Shown piece by piece: positions 11,584 through 26,700 of a DNA stretch of 64,000 nucleotides. Under the pieces are notes generated by a model. The model was not told the origin of the DNA, did no database searches, and saw nothing but the letters and a program-made list of their open reading frames with translations. Made by a program: the position numbers and the translations under genes. Within the stretch, counting starts at the first letter, position 1, and each line of letters starts with the position of its first letter. Source of the DNA: Auanema rhodensis (Eukaryota; Animalia; Nematoda); the NCBI GenBank assembly GCA_964057225.1, contig OZ059899.1:1488001-1552000 (forward strand). The letters are read 5' to 3'.

Positions 11584-13689
11584 CAAAATAATTTAGCAAA
11601 AAGTAGATGTTTTTAGATTCCTTTTTTCAAGGCAAAGACGATGGACAATGTTATTCAACGAAAAAATTATTTCTTCAGGGTGAAAATCGAGGATATAAGT
11701 GTGAACTTATATCAGTTGATATCTCGGTGCATTTTTAAGCTAGCGCAAATCTGATAACACAGATCGACGCAGCTTAAAAATCCTCATCGAATGCACTATA
11801 CTACATTGAGAAACGCTTAATACAAAAATTAGTTATGATCGTTTGAAAAATGATGCATTAGTGTATGTTGAGTTTCCATGTACACTCAACATTGCTTCCA
11901 AAAACATTTTGACAAAAATTTTTTCGAAAAATTTCAAAATAATTTAGCAAAAAGTAGATGTTTTTAGATTCCATTTTCCAAGGCAAAGACGATGGACAAT
12001 GTTATTCAACGAAAAAATTATTTCTTCAGGGTGAAAATCGAGGATATAAGTGTGAACTTATATCAGTTGATATCTCGGTGCATTTTTAAGCTAGCGCAAA
12101 TCTGATAACACAGATCGACGCAGCTTAAAAATCCGCATCGAATGCACTATACTACATTGAGAAACGCTTAATACAAAAATTAGTTATGATCGTTTGAAAA
12201 ATGATGCATTAGTGTATGTTGAGTTTCCATGTACACTCAACATTGCTTCCAAAAACATTTTGACAAAAATTTTTTCGAAAAATTTCAAAATAATTTAGGA
12301 AAAAGTAGATGTTTTTAGATTCCTTTTTTCAAGGCAAAGACGATGGACAATGTTATTCAACGAAAAAATTATTTCTTCAGGGTGAAAATCGAGGATATAA
12401 GTGTGAACTTATATCAGTTGATATCTCGGTGCATTTTTAAGTTAGCGCAAATCTGATAACACAGATCGACGCAGCTTAAAAATCCGCATCGAATGCACTA
12501 TACTACATTGAGAAACGCTTAATACAAAAATTAGTTATGATCGTTTGAAAAATGATGCATTAGTGTATGTTGAGTTTCCATGTACACTCAACATTGCTTC
12601 CAAAAACATTTTGACAAAAATTTTTTCGAAAAATTTCAAAATAATTTAGCAAAAAGTAGATGTTTTTAGATTCCTTTTTTCAAGGCAAAGACGATGGACA
12701 ATGTTATTCAACGAAAAAATTATTTCTTCAGGGTGAAAATCGAGGATATAAGTGTGAACTTATATCAGTTGATATCTCGGTGCATTTTTAAGCTAGCGCA
12801 AATCTGATAACACAGATCGACGCAGCTTAAAAATCCTCATCGAATGCACTATACTACATTGAGAAACGCTTAATACAAAAATTAGTTATGATCGTTTGAA
12901 AAATGATGCATTAGTGTATGTTGAGTTTCCATGTACACTCAACATTGCTTCCAAAAACATTTTGACAAAAATTTTTTCGAAAAATTTCAAAATAATTTAG
13001 CAAAAAGTAGATGTTTTTAGATTCCATTTTCCAAGGCAAAGACGATGGACAATGTTATTCAACGAAAAAATTATTTCTTCAGGGTGAAAATCGAGGATAT
13101 AAGTGTGAACTTATATCAGTTGATATCTCGGTGCATTTTTAAGCTAGCGCAAATCTGATAACACAGATCGACGCAGCTTAAAAATCCGCATCGAATGCAC
13201 TATACTACATTGAGAAACGCTAAATACAAAAATTAGTTATGATCGTTTGAAAAATGATGCATTAGTGTATGTTGAGTTTCCATGTACACTCAACATTGCT
13301 TCCAAAAACATTTTGACAAAAATTTTTTCGAAAAATTTCAAAATAATTTAGGAAAAAGTAGATGTTTTTAGATTCCTTTTTTCAAGGCAAAGACGATGGA
13401 CAATGTTATTCAACGAAAAAATTATTTCTTCAGGGTGAAAATCGAGGATATAAGTGTGAACTTATATCAGTTGATATCTCGGTGCATTTTTAAGTTAGCG
13501 CAAATCTGATAACACAGATCGACGCAGCTTAAAAATCCGCATCGAATGCACTATACTACATTGAGAAACGCTTAATACAAAAATTAGTTATGATCGTTTG
13601 AAAAATGATGCATTAGTGTATGTTGAGTTTCCATGTACACTCAACATTGCTTCCAAAAACATTTTGACAAAAATTTTTTCGAAAAATTT
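11584..13689. repeat. Tandem duplication of a 3-monomer (1053-bp) unit
   Basis: Paired SNPs lie at 11784/12837, 11978/13031, 12299/13352 and 12442/13495, all 1053 bp apart. Confidence 0.88.
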
Positions 13690-14040
13690 CAGAATAATTT
13701 AGCAAAAAGTAGATGTTTTTAGATTCCTTTTTTCAAGGCAAAGACGATGGACAATGTTATTCAACGAAAAAATTATTTCTTCAGGGTGAAAATCGAGGAT
13801 ATAAGTGTGAACTTATATCAGTTGATATCTCGGTGCATTTTTAAGCTAGCGCAAATCTGATAACACAGATCGACGCAGCTTAAAAATCCGCATCGAATGC
13901 ACTATACTACATTGAGAAACGCTTAATACAAAAATTAGTTATGATCGTTTGAAAAATGATGCATTAGTGTATGTTGAGTTTCCATGTACACTCAACATTG
14001 CTTCCAAAAACATTTTGACAAAAATTTTTTCGAAAAATTT

Positions 14041-17000
14041 CAAAATAATTTAGCGAAAAGTAGATGTTTTTAGATTCCTTTTTTTAAGACAAAAACGATG
14101 GACAATGTTATTCAACGAAAAAATTAATTCTTCAGGGTGAAAATCGGGTATATATGTGTGAACTTATATCAGTTGATATCTCGGTGCATTTTTAAGCTAG
14201 CTCAAATCTGATAACACAGATCGACGCAGCTTAAAAATCCGCATCGAATGCACTATACTACATTGAGAAACGCTTAATACAAAAATTAGTTATGATCGTT
14301 TGAAAAATGATGCATTAGTGTATGTTGAGTTTCCATGTACACTCAACATTGCTTCCAAAAACATTTTGACAAAAATTTTTTCGAAAAATTTCAGAATAAT
14401 TTAGCAAAAAGTAGATGTTTTTAGATTCCTTTTTTCAAGGCAAAGACGATGGACAATGTTATTCAACGAAAAAATTATTTCTTCAGGGTGAAAATCGAGG
14501 ATATAAGTGTGAACTTATATCAGTTGATATCTCGGTGCATTTTTAAGCTAGCGCAAATCTGATAACACAGATCGACGCAGCTTAAAAATCCGCATCGAAT
14601 GCACTATACTACATTGAGAAACGCTTAATACAAAAATTAGTTATGATCGTTTGAAAAATGATGCATTAGTGTATGTTGAGTTTCCATGTACACTCAACAT
14701 TGCTTCCAAAAACATTTTGACAAAAATTTTTTCGAAAAATTTCAAAATAATTTAGCAAAAAGTAGATGTTTTTAGATTCCTTTTTTCAAGGCAAAGACGA
14801 TGGACAATGTTATTCAACGAAAAAATTATTTCTTCAGGGTGAAAATCGAGGATATAAGTGTGAACTTATATCAGTTGATATCTCGGTGCATTTTTAAGCT
14901 AGCGCAAATCTGATAACACAGATCGACGCAGCTTAAAAATCCGCATCGAATGCACTATACTACATTGAGAAACGCTTAATACAAAAATTAGTTATGATCG
15001 TTTGAAAAATGATGCATTAGTGTATGTTGAGTTTCCATGTACACTCAACATTGCTTCCAAAAACATTTTGACAAAAATTTTTTCGAAAAATTTCAAAATA
15101 ATTGAGCAAAAAGTAGATGTTTTTAGATTCCATTTTTCAAGGCAAAGACGATGGACAATGTTATTCAACGAAAAAATTATTTCTTCAGGGTGAAAATCGA
15201 GGATATAAGTGTGAACTTATATCAGTTGATATCTCGGTGCATTTTTAAGCTAGCGCAAATCTGATAACACAGATCGACGCAGCTTAAAAATCCGCATCGA
15301 ATGCACTATACTACATTGAGAAACGCTTAATACAAAAATTAGTTATGATCGTTTGAAAAATGATGCATTAGTGTATGTTGAGTTTCCATGTACACTCAAC
15401 ATTGCTTCCAAAAACATTTTGACAAAAATTTTTTCGAAAAATTTCAAAATAATTTAGCGAAAAGTAGATGTTTTTAGATTCCTTTTTTTAAGACAAAAAC
15501 GATGGACAATGTTATTCAACGAAAAAATTAATTCTTCAGGGTGAAAATCGGGTATATATGTGTGAACTTATATCAGTTGATATCTCGGTGCATTTTTAAG
15601 CTAGCTCAAATCTGATAACACAGATCGACGCAGCTTAAAAATCCGCATCGAATGCACTATACTACATTGAGAAACGCTTAATATAAAAATTAGTTATGAT
15701 CGTTTGAAAAATGATGCATTAGTGTATGTTGAGTTTCCATGTACACTCAACATTGCTTCCAAAAACATTTTGACAAAAATTTTTTCGAAAAATTTCAGAA
15801 TAATTTAGCAAAAAGTAGATGTTTTTAGATTCCTTTTTTCAAGGCAAAGACGATGGACAATGTTATTCAACGAAAAAATTATTTCTTCAGGGTGAAAATC
15901 GAGGATATAAGTGTGAACTTATATCAGTTGATATCTCGGTGCATTTTTAAGCTAGCGCAAATCTGATAACACAGATCGACGCAGCTTAAAAATCCGCATC
16001 GAATGCACTATACTACATTGAGAAACGCTTAATACAAAAATTAGTTATGATCGTTTGAAAAATGATGCATTAGTGTATGTTGAGTTTCCATGTACACTCA
16101 ACATTGCTTCCAAAAACATTTTGACAAAAATTTTTTCGAAAAATTTCAAAATAATTTAGCAAAAAGTAGATGTTTTTAGATTCCTTTTTTCAAGGCAAAG
16201 ACGATGGACAATGTTATTCAACGAAAAAATTATTTCTTCAGGGTGAAAATCGAGGATATAAGTGTGAACTTATATCAGTTGATATCTCGGTGCATTTTTA
16301 AGCTAGCGCAAATCTGATAACACAGATCGACGCAGCTTAAAAATCCGCATCGAATGCACTATACTACATTGAGAAACGCTTAATACAAAAATTAGTTATG
16401 ATCGTTTGAAAAATGATGCATTAGTGTATGTTGAGTTTCCATGTACACTCAACATTGCTTCCAAAAACATTTTGACAAAAATTTTTTCGAAAAATTTCAA
16501 AATAATTGAGCAAAAAGTAGATGTTTTTAGATTCCATTTTTCAAGGCAAAGACGATGGACAATGTTATTCAACGAAAAAATTATTTCTTCAGGGTGAAAA
16601 TCGAGGATATAAGTGTGAACTTATATCAGTTGATATCTCGGTGCATTTCTAAGCTAGCGCAAATCTGATAACACAGATCGACGCAGCTTGCAAATCCGCA
16701 TCGAATGCACTATACTACATTGAGAAACGCTTAATACAAAAATTAGTTATGATCGTTTGAAAAATGATGCATTAGTGTATGTTGAGTTTCCATGTACACT
16801 CAACATTGCTTCCAAAAACATTTTGACAAAAATTTTTTCGAAAAATTTCAGAATAGTTTAGCAAAAAGTAGATGTTTTTAGATTCCTTTTTTCAAGGCAA
16901 AGACGATGGACAATGTTATTCAACGAAAAAATTATTTCTTCAGGGTGAAAATCGAGGATATAAGTGTGAACTTATATCAGTTGATATCTCGGTGCATTTT

Positions 17001-20000
17001 TAAGCTAGCGCAAATCTGATAACACAGATCGACGCAGCTTAAAAATCCGCATCGAATGCACTATACTACATTGAGAAACGCTTAATACAAAAATTGGTTA
17101 TGATCGTTTGAAAAATGATGCATTAGTGTATGTTGAGTTTCCATGTACACTCAACATTGCTTCCAAAAACATTTTGACAAAAATTTTTTCGAAAAATTTC
17201 AAAATAATTTAGGAAAAAGTAGATGTTTTTAGATTCCTTTTTTCAAGGCAAAGACGATGGACAATGTTATTCAACGAAAAAATTATTTCTTCAGGGTGAA
17301 AATCGAGGATATAAGTGTGAACTTATATCAGTTGATATCTCGGTGCATTTTTAAGCTAGCGCAAATCTGATAACACAGATCGACGCAGCTTAAAAATCCG
17401 CATCGAATGCACTATACTACATTGAGAAACGCTTAATACAAAAATTAGTTATGATCGTTTGAAAAATGATGCATTAGTGTATGTTGAGTTTCCATGTACA
17501 CTCAACATTGCTTCCAAAAACATTTTGACAAAAATTTTTTCGAAAAATTTCAAAATAATTTAGCGAAAAGTAGATGTTTTTAGATTCCTTTTTTTAAGAC
17601 AAAAACGATGGACAATGTTATTCAACGAAAAAATTAATTCTTCAGGGTGAAAATCGGGTATATATGTGTGAACTTATATCAGTTGATATCTCGGTGCATT
17701 TTTAAGCTAGCTCAAATCTGATAACACAGATCGACGCAGCTTAAAAATCCGCATCGAATGCACTATACTACATTGAGAAACGCTTAATACAAAAATTAGT
17801 TATGATCGTTTGAAAAATGATGCATTAGTGTATGTTGAGTTTCCATGTACACTCAACATTGCTTCCAAAAACATTTTGACAAAAATTTTTTCGAAAAATT
17901 TCAGAATAATTTAGCAAAAAGTAGATGTTTTTAGATTCCTTTTTTCAAGGCAAAGACGATGGACAATGTTATTCAACGAAAAAATTATTTCTTCAGGGTG
18001 AAAATCGAGGATATAAGTGTGAACTTATATCAGTTGATATCTCGGTGCATTTTTAAGCTAGCGCAAATCTGATAACACAGATCGACGCAGCTTAAAAATC
18101 CGCATCGAATGCACTATACTACATTGAGAAACGCTTAATACAAAAATTAGTTATGATCGTTTGAAAAATGATGCATTAGTGTATGTTGAGTTTCCATGTA
18201 CACTCAACATTGCTTCCAAAAACATTTTGACAAAAATTTTTTCGAAAAATTTCAAAATAATTTAGCAAAAAGTAGATGTTTTTAGATTCCTTTTTTCAAG
18301 GCAAAGACGATGGACAATGTTATTCAACGAAAAAATTATTTCTTCAGGGTGAAAATCGAGGATATAAGTGTGAACTTATATCAGTTGATATCTCGGTGCA
18401 TTTTTAAGCTAGCGCAAATCTGATAACACAGATCGACGCAGCTTAAAAATCCGCATCGAATGCACTATACTACATTGAGAAACGCTTAATACAAAAATTA
18501 GTTATGATCGTTTGAAAAATGATGCATTAGTGTATGTTGAGTTTCCATGTACACTCAACATTGCTTCCAAAAACATTTTGACAAAAATTTTTTCGAAAAA
18601 TTTCAAAATAATTGAGCAAAAAGTAGATGTTTTTAGATTCCATTTTTCAAGGCAAAGACGATGGACAATGTTATTCAACGAAAAAATTATTTCTTCAGGG
18701 TGAAAATCGAGGATATAAGTGTGAACTTATATCAGTTGATATCTCGGTGCATTTTTAAGCTAGCGCAAATCTGATAACACAGATCGACGCAGCTTAAAAA
18801 TCCGCATCGAATGCACTATACTACATTGAGAAACGCTTAATACAAAAATTAGTTATGATCGTTTGAAAAATGATGCATTAGTGTATGTTGAGTTTCCATG
18901 TACACTCAACATTGCTTCCAAAAACATTTTGACAAAAATTTTTTCGAAAAATTTCAAAATAATTTAGCGAAAAGTAGATGTTTTTAGATTCCTTTTTTTA
19001 AGACAAAAACGATGGACAATGTTATTCAACGAAAAAATTAATTCTTCAGGGTGAAAATCGGGTATATATGTGTGAACTTATATCAGTTGATATCTCGGTG
19101 CATTTTTAAGCTAGCTCAAATCTGATAACACAGATCGACGCAGCTTAAAAATCCGCATCGAATGCACTATACTACATTGAGAAACGCTTAATACAAAAAT
19201 TAGTTATGATCGTTTGAAAAATGATGCATTAGTGTATGTTGAGTTTCCATGTACACTCAACATTGCTTCCAAAAACATTTTGACAAAAATTTTTTCGAAA
19301 AATTTCAGAATAATTTAGCAAAAAGTAGATGTTTTTAGATTCCTTTTTTCAAGGCAAAGACGATGGACAATGTTATTCAACGAAAAAATTATTTCTTCAG
19401 GGTGAAAATCGAGGATATAAGTGTGAACTTATATCAGTTGATATCTCGGTGCATTTTTAAGCTAGCGCAAATCTGATAACACAGATCGACGCAGCTTAAA
19501 AATCCGCATCGAATGCACTATACTACATTGAGAAACGCTTAATACAAAAATTAGTTATGATCGTTTGAAAAATGATGCATTAGTGTATGTTGAGTTTCCA
19601 TGTACACTCAACATTGCTTCCAAAAACATTTTGACAAAAATTTTTTCGAAAAATTTCAAAATAATTTAGCAAAAAGTAGATGTTTTTAGATTCCTTTTTT
19701 CAAGGCAAAGACGATGGACAATGTTATTCAACGAAAAAATTATTTCTTCAGGGTGAAAATCGAGGATATAAGTGTGAACTTATATCAGTTGATATCTCGG
19801 TGCATTTTTAAGCTAGCGCAAATCTGATAACACAGATCGACGCAGCTTAAAAATCCGCATCGAATGCACTATACTACATTGAGAAACGCTTAATACAAAA
19901 ATTAGTTATGATCGTTTGAAAAATGATGCATTAGTGTATGTTGAGTTTCCATGTACACTCAACATTGCTTCCAAAAACATTTTGACAAAAATTTTTTCGA

Positions 20001-20470
20001 AAAATTTCAAAATAATTGAGCAAAAAGTAGATGTTTTTAGATTCCATTTTTCAAGGCAAAGACGATGGACAATGTTATTCAACGAAAAAATTATTTCTTC
20101 AGGGTGAAAATCGAGGATATAAGTGTGAACTTATATCAGTTGATATCTCGGTGCATTTTTAAGCTAGCGCAAATCTGATAACACAGATCGACGCAGCTTG
20201 CAAATCCGCATCGAATGCACTATACTACATTGAGAAACGCTTAATACAAAAATTAGTTATGATCGTTTGAAAAATGATGCATTAGTGTATGTTGAGTTTC
20301 CATGTACACTCAACATTGCTTCCAAAAACATTTTGACAAAAATTTTTTCGAAAAATTTCAGAATAGTTTAGCAAAAAGTAGATGTTTTTAGATTCCTTTT
20401 TTCAAGGCAAAGACGATGGACAATGTTATTCAACGAAAAAATTATTTCTTCAGGGTGAAAATCGAGGATA
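14041..20470. repeat. Duplicated 10-monomer (3510-bp) unit, each copy with an internal 4-mer duplication
   Basis: Variant monomers start at 14041, 15445, 17551 and 18955. GCTTGCAAAT lies at 16690/20200 and GAATAGTTT at 16856/20366. The ORF starts 15002/18512 and 16406/19916 are also 3510 bp apart. Confidence 0.88.
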
Positions 20471-21289
20471 TAAGTGTAAACTTATATCAGTTGATATCTC
20501 GGTGCATTTTTAAGCTAGCGCAAATCTGATAACACAGATCGACGCAGCTTAAAAATCCGCATCGAATGCACTATACTACATTGAGAAACGCTTAATACAA
20601 AAATTAGTTATGATCGTTTGAAAAATGATGCATTAGTGTATGTTGAGTTTTCATGTACACTCAACATTGCTTCCAAAAACATTTTGACAAAAATTTTTTC
20701 GAAAAATTTCAAAATAATTTAGCAAAAAGTAGATGTTTTTAGATTCCATTTCTCAAGGCAAAGACGATAGACAATGTTATTCAACGAAAAAATTAATTCT
20801 TCAGGGTGAAAATCGAGGATATAAGTGTGAACTTATATCAGTTGATATCTCGGTGCATTTTTAAGCTAGCGCAAATCTGATAACACAGATCGACGCAGCT
20901 TAAAAATCCGCATCGAATGCACTATACTACATTGAGAAACGCTTAATACAAAAATTAGTTATGATCGTTTGAAAAATGATGCATTAGTGTATGTTGAGTT
21001 TCCATGTACACTCAACATTGCTTCCAAAAACATTTTGACAAAAATTTTTTCGAAAAATTTCAAGATAATTTAGCAAAAAGTAGATGTTTTTAGATTCCTT
21101 TATTCAAGGCAAAGACGATGGACAATGTTATTCAACGAAAAAATTAATTCTTCAGGGTGAAAATCGAGGATATAAGTGTGAACTTATATCAGTTGATATC
21201 TCGGTGCATTTTTAAGCTAGCGCAAATCTGATAACACAGATCGACGCAGCTTAAAAATCCGCATCGAATGCACTATACTACATTGAGAA

Positions 21290-23750
21290 AGGCTTAATAC
21301 AAAAATTAGTTATGATCGTTTGAAAAATGATGCATTAGTGTATGTTGAGTTTCCATGTACACTCAACATTGTTTCCAAAAACATTTTGACAAAAATTTTT
21401 TTGAAAAATTTCAGAATAATTTAGCAAAAAGTAGCTGTTTTTAGATTCCATTTTTCGAGGCAAAGACGATAGACAATGTTATTCAACAAGAAAATTAATT
21501 CTTCAGGGTGAAAATCGAGGATATAAGTGTGAACTTATATCAGTTGATATCTCGGTGCATTTTTAAGCTAGCGTAAATCTGATAACACAGATCGACGCAG
21601 CTTAAAAATCCGCATCGAATGCACTATACTACATCGAGAAAGGCTTAATACAAAAATTAGTTATGATCGTTTGAAAAATGATGCATTAGTGTATGTTGAG
21701 TTTCCATGTACACTCAACATTGCTTCCAAAAACATTTTGACAAAAATTTTTTCGAAAAATTTCAGAATAATTTAGCAAAAAGTAGATGTTTTTAGATTCC
21801 ATTTTTCAAGGCAAAGACGATGGACAATGTTATTCAACGAAAAAATTAATTCTTCAGGGTGAAAATCGAGGATATAAGTGTGAACTTATATCAGTTGATA
21901 TCTCGGTGCATTTTTAAGCTAGCGCAAATCTGATAACACAGATCGACGCAGCTTAAAAATCCGCATCGAATGCACTATACTACATTGAGAAAGGCTTAAT
22001 ACAAAAATTAGTTATGATCGTTTGAAAAATGATGCATTAGTGTATGTTGAGTTTCCATGTACACTCAACATTGTTTCCAAAAACATTTTGACAAAAATTT
22101 TTTTGAAAAATTTCAGAATAATTTAGCAAAAAGTAGCTGTTTTTAGATTCCATTTTTCGAGGCAAAGACGATAGACAATGTTATTCAACAAGAAAATTAA
22201 TTCTTCAGGGTGAAAATCGAGGATATAAGTGTGAACTTATATCAGTTGATATCTCGGTGCATTTTTAAGCTAGCGCAAATCTGATAACACAGATCGACGC
22301 AGCTTAAAAATCCGCATCGAATGCACTATACTACATCGAGAAAGGCTTAATACAAAAATTAGTTATGATCGTTTGAAAAATGATGCATTAGTGTATGTTG
22401 AGTTTCCATGTACACTCAACATTGCTTCCAAAAACATTTTGACAAAAATTTTTTCGAAAAATTTCAGAATAATTTAGCAAAAAGTAGCTGTTTTTAGATT
22501 CCATTTTTCGAGGCAAAGACGATAGACAATGTTATTCAACAAGAAAATTAATTCTTCAGGGTGAAAATCGAGGATATAAGTGTGAACTTATATCAGTTGA
22601 TATCTCGGTGCATTTTTAAGCTAGCGCAAATCTGATAACACAGATCGACGCAGCTTAAAAATCCGCATCGAATGCACTATACTACATCGAGAAAGGCTTA
22701 ATACAAAAATTAGTTATGATCGTTTGAAAAATGATGCATTAGTGTATGTTGAGTTTCCATGTACACTCAACATTGCTTCCAAAAACATTTTGACAAAAAT
22801 TTTTTCGAAAAATTTCAGAATAATTTAGCAAAAAGTAGATGTTTTTAGATTCCATTTTTCAAGGCAAAGACGATGGACAATGTTATTCAACGAAAAAATT
22901 AATTCTTCAGGGTGAAAATCGAGGATATAAGTGTGAACTTATATCAGTTGATATCTCGGTGCATTTTTAAGCTAGCGCAAATCTGATAACACAGATCGAC
23001 GCAGCTTAAAAATCCGCATCGAATGCACTATACTACATTGAGAAAGGCTTAATACAAAAATTAGTTATGATCGTTTGAAAAATGATGCATTAGTGTATGT
23101 TGAGTTTCCATGTACACTCAACATTGTTTCCAAAAACATTTTGACAAAAATTTTTTTGAAAAATTTCAGAATAATTTAGCAAAAAGTAGCTGTTTTTAGA
23201 TTCCATTTTTCGAGGCAAAGACGATAGACAATGTTATTCAACAAGAAAATTAATTCTTCAGGGTGAAAATCGAGGATATAAGTGTGAACTTATATCAGTT
23301 GATATCTCGGTGCATTTTTAAGCTAGCGCAAATCTGATAACACAGATCGACGCAGCTTAAAAATCCGCATCGAATGCACTATACTACATCGAGAAAGGCT
23401 TAATACAAAAATTAGTTATGATCGTTTGAAAAATGATGCATTAGTGTATGTTGAGTTTCCATGTACACTCAACATTGCTTCCAAAAACATTTTGACAAAA
23501 ATTTTTTCGAAAAATTTCAGAATAATTTAGCAAAAAGTAGATGTTTTTAGATTCCATTTTTCAAGGCAAAGACGATGGACAATGTTATTCAACGAAAAAA
23601 TTAATTCTTCAGGGTGAAAATCGAGGATATAAGTGTGAACTTATATCAGTTGATATCTCGGTGCATTTTTAAGCTAGCGCAAATCTGATAACACAGATCG
23701 ACGCAGCTTAAAAATCCGCATCGAATGCACTATACTACATTGAGAAACGC
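21290..23750. repeat. Subfamily D domain (roughly dimeric)
   Basis: Linked markers are GAAAGGC, TGTTTCC, TTTTTGA, GTAGCTG, TTCGAGG, GATAGAC, AACAAG and CATCGAG. Confidence 0.8.
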
Positions 23751-26700
23751 TTAAAACACAAATTAGTTATGATCGTTTGAAAAATGATGCATTAGTGTAT
23801 GTTGAGTTTCCATGTACACTCAACATTGCTTCCAAAAACATTTTGACAAAAATTTTTTCGAAACATTTCAAAATAATTTAGCAAAAAGTAGATGTTTTTA
23901 GATTCCTTTTTTCAAGGCAAAAACGATGGACAATGTTATTCAACGAAAAAATTAATTCTTCAGGGTGAAAATCGGGTATATATGTGTGAACTTATATCAG
24001 TTGATATCTCGGTGCATTTTTAAGCTAGCGCAAATCTGATAACACAGATCGACGCAGCTTAAAAATCCGCATCGAATGCACTATACTACATTGAGAAACG
24101 CTTAATACACAAATTAGTTATGATCGTTTGAAAAATGATGCATTAGTGTATGTTGAGTTTCCATGTACACTCAACATTGCTTCCAAGAACATTTTGACAA
24201 AAATTTTTTCGAAAAATTTCAAAATAATTTAGCAAAAAGTAGATGTTTTTAGATTCCATTTTTCAAGGCAAAGACGATGGAAAATGTTATTCGACGAAAA
24301 AAATAATTCTTCAGGGTGAAAATCGAGGATATAAGTGTGAACTTATATCAGTTGATATCTCGGTGCATTTTTAAGCTAGCGCAAATCTGATAACACAGAT
24401 CGACGCAGCTTAAAAATCCGCATCGAATGCACTATACTACATTGAGAAACGCTTAAAACACAAATTAGTTATGATCGTTTGAAAAATGATGCATTAGTGT
24501 ATGTTGAGTTTCCATGTACACTCAACATTGCTTCCAAGAACATTTTGACAAAAATTTTTTCGAAAAATTTCAAAATAATTTAGCAAAAAGTAGATGTTTT
24601 TAGATTCCATTTTTCAAGGCAAAGACGATGGAAAATGTTATTCGACGAAAAAAATAATTCTTCAGGGTGAAAATCGAGGATATAAGTGTGAACTTATATC
24701 AGTTGATATCTCGGTGCATTTTTAAGCTAGCGCAAATCTGATAACACAGATCGACGCAGCTTAAAAATCCGCATCGAATGCACTATACTACATTGAGAAA
24801 CGCTTAAAACACAAATTAGTTATGATCGTTTGAAAAATGATGCATTAGTGTATGTTGAGTTTCCATGTACACTCAACATTGCTTCCAAGAACATTTTGAC
24901 AAAAATTTTTTCGAAAAATTTCAGAATAATTTAGCAAAAAGTAGATGTTTTTAGATTCCATTTTTCAAGGCAAAGACGATGGACAATGTTATTCGACGAA
25001 AAAAATAATTCTTCAGGGTGAAAATCGAGTATATAAGTGTGAACTTATATCAGTTGATATCTCGGTGCATTTTTAAGCTAGCGCAAATCTGATAACACAG
25101 ATCGACGCAGCTTAAAAATCCGCATCGAATGCACTATACTACATTGAGAAACGCTTAATACACAAATTAGTTATGATCGTTTGAAAAATGATGCATTAGT
25201 GTATGTTGAGTTTCCATGTACACTCAACATTGCTTCCAAGAACATTTTGACAAAAATTTTTTCGAAAAATTTCAAAATAATTTAGCAAAAAGTAGATGTT
25301 TTTAGATTCCATTTTTCAAGGCAAAGACGATGGAAAATGTTATTCGACGAAAAAAATAATTCTTCAGGGTGAAAATCGAGGATATAAGTGTGAACTTATA
25401 TCAGTTGATATCTCGGTGCATTTTTAAGCTAGCGCAAATCTGATAACACAGATCGACGCAGCTTAAAAATCCGCATCGAATGCACTATACTACATTGAGA
25501 AACGCTTAAAACACAAATTAGTTATGATCGTTTGAAAAATGATGCATTAGTGTATGTTGAGTTTCCATGTACACTCAACATTGCTTCCAAGAACATTTTG
25601 ACAAAAATTTTTTCGAAAAATTTCAGAATAATTTAGCAAAAAGTAGATGTTTTTAGATTCCATTTTTCAAGGCAAAGACGATGGACAATGTTATTCGACG
25701 AAAAAAATAATTCTTCAGGGTGAAAATCGAGTATATAAGTGTGAACTTATATCAGTTGATATCTCGGTGCATTTTTAAGCTAGCGCAAATCTGATAACAC
25801 AGATCGACGCAGCTTAAAAATCCGCATCGAATGCACTATACTACATTGAGAAACGCTTAATACACAAATTAGTTATGATCGTTTGAAAAATGATGCATTA
25901 GTGTATGTTGAGTTTCCATGTACACTCAACATTGCTTCCAAGAACATTTTGACAAAAATTTTTTCGAAAAATTTCAAAATAATTTAGCAAAAAGTAGATG
26001 TTTTTAGATTCCATTTTTCAAGGCAAAGACGATGGAAAATGTTATTCGACGAAAAAAATAATTCTTCAGGGTGAAAATCGAGGATATAAGTGTGAACTTA
26101 TATCAGTTGATATCTCGGTGCATTTTTAAGCTAGCGCAAATCTGATAACACAGATCGACGCAGCTTAAAAATCCGCATCGAATGCACTATACTACATTGA
26201 GAAACGCTTAAAACACAAATTAGTTATGATCGTTTGAAAAATGATGCATTAGTGTATGTTGAGTTTCCATGTACACTCAACATTGCTTCCAAGAACATTT
26301 TGACAAAAATTTTTTCGAAAAATTTCAAAATAATTTAGCAAAAAGTAGATGTTTTTAGATTCCATTTTTCAAGGCAAAGACGATGGACAATGTTATTCGA
26401 CGAAAAAAATAATTCTTCAGGGTGAAAATCGAGGATATAAGTGTGAACTTATATCAGTTGATATCTCGGTGCATTTTTAAGCTAGCGCAAATCTGATAAC
26501 ACAGATCGACGCAGCTTAAAAATCCGCATCGAATGCACTATACTACATTGAGAAACGCTTAATACACAAATTAGTTATGATCGTTTGAAAAATGATGCAT
26601 TAGTGTATGTTGAGTTTCCATGTACACTCAACATTGCTTCCAAGAACATTTTGACAAAAATTTTTTCGAAAAATTTCAAAATAATTTAGCAAAAAGTAGA

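Noticed and set aside
15002-20107. Four identical 63-aa ORFs (15002, 16406, 18512, 19916) as protein-coding genes
   Set aside because: They are satellite sequence with a TTG start, opened by one TAG>GAG SNP that was copied by the 4-mer/10-mer duplications. The other monomers keep a stop here and no domain is recognisable.
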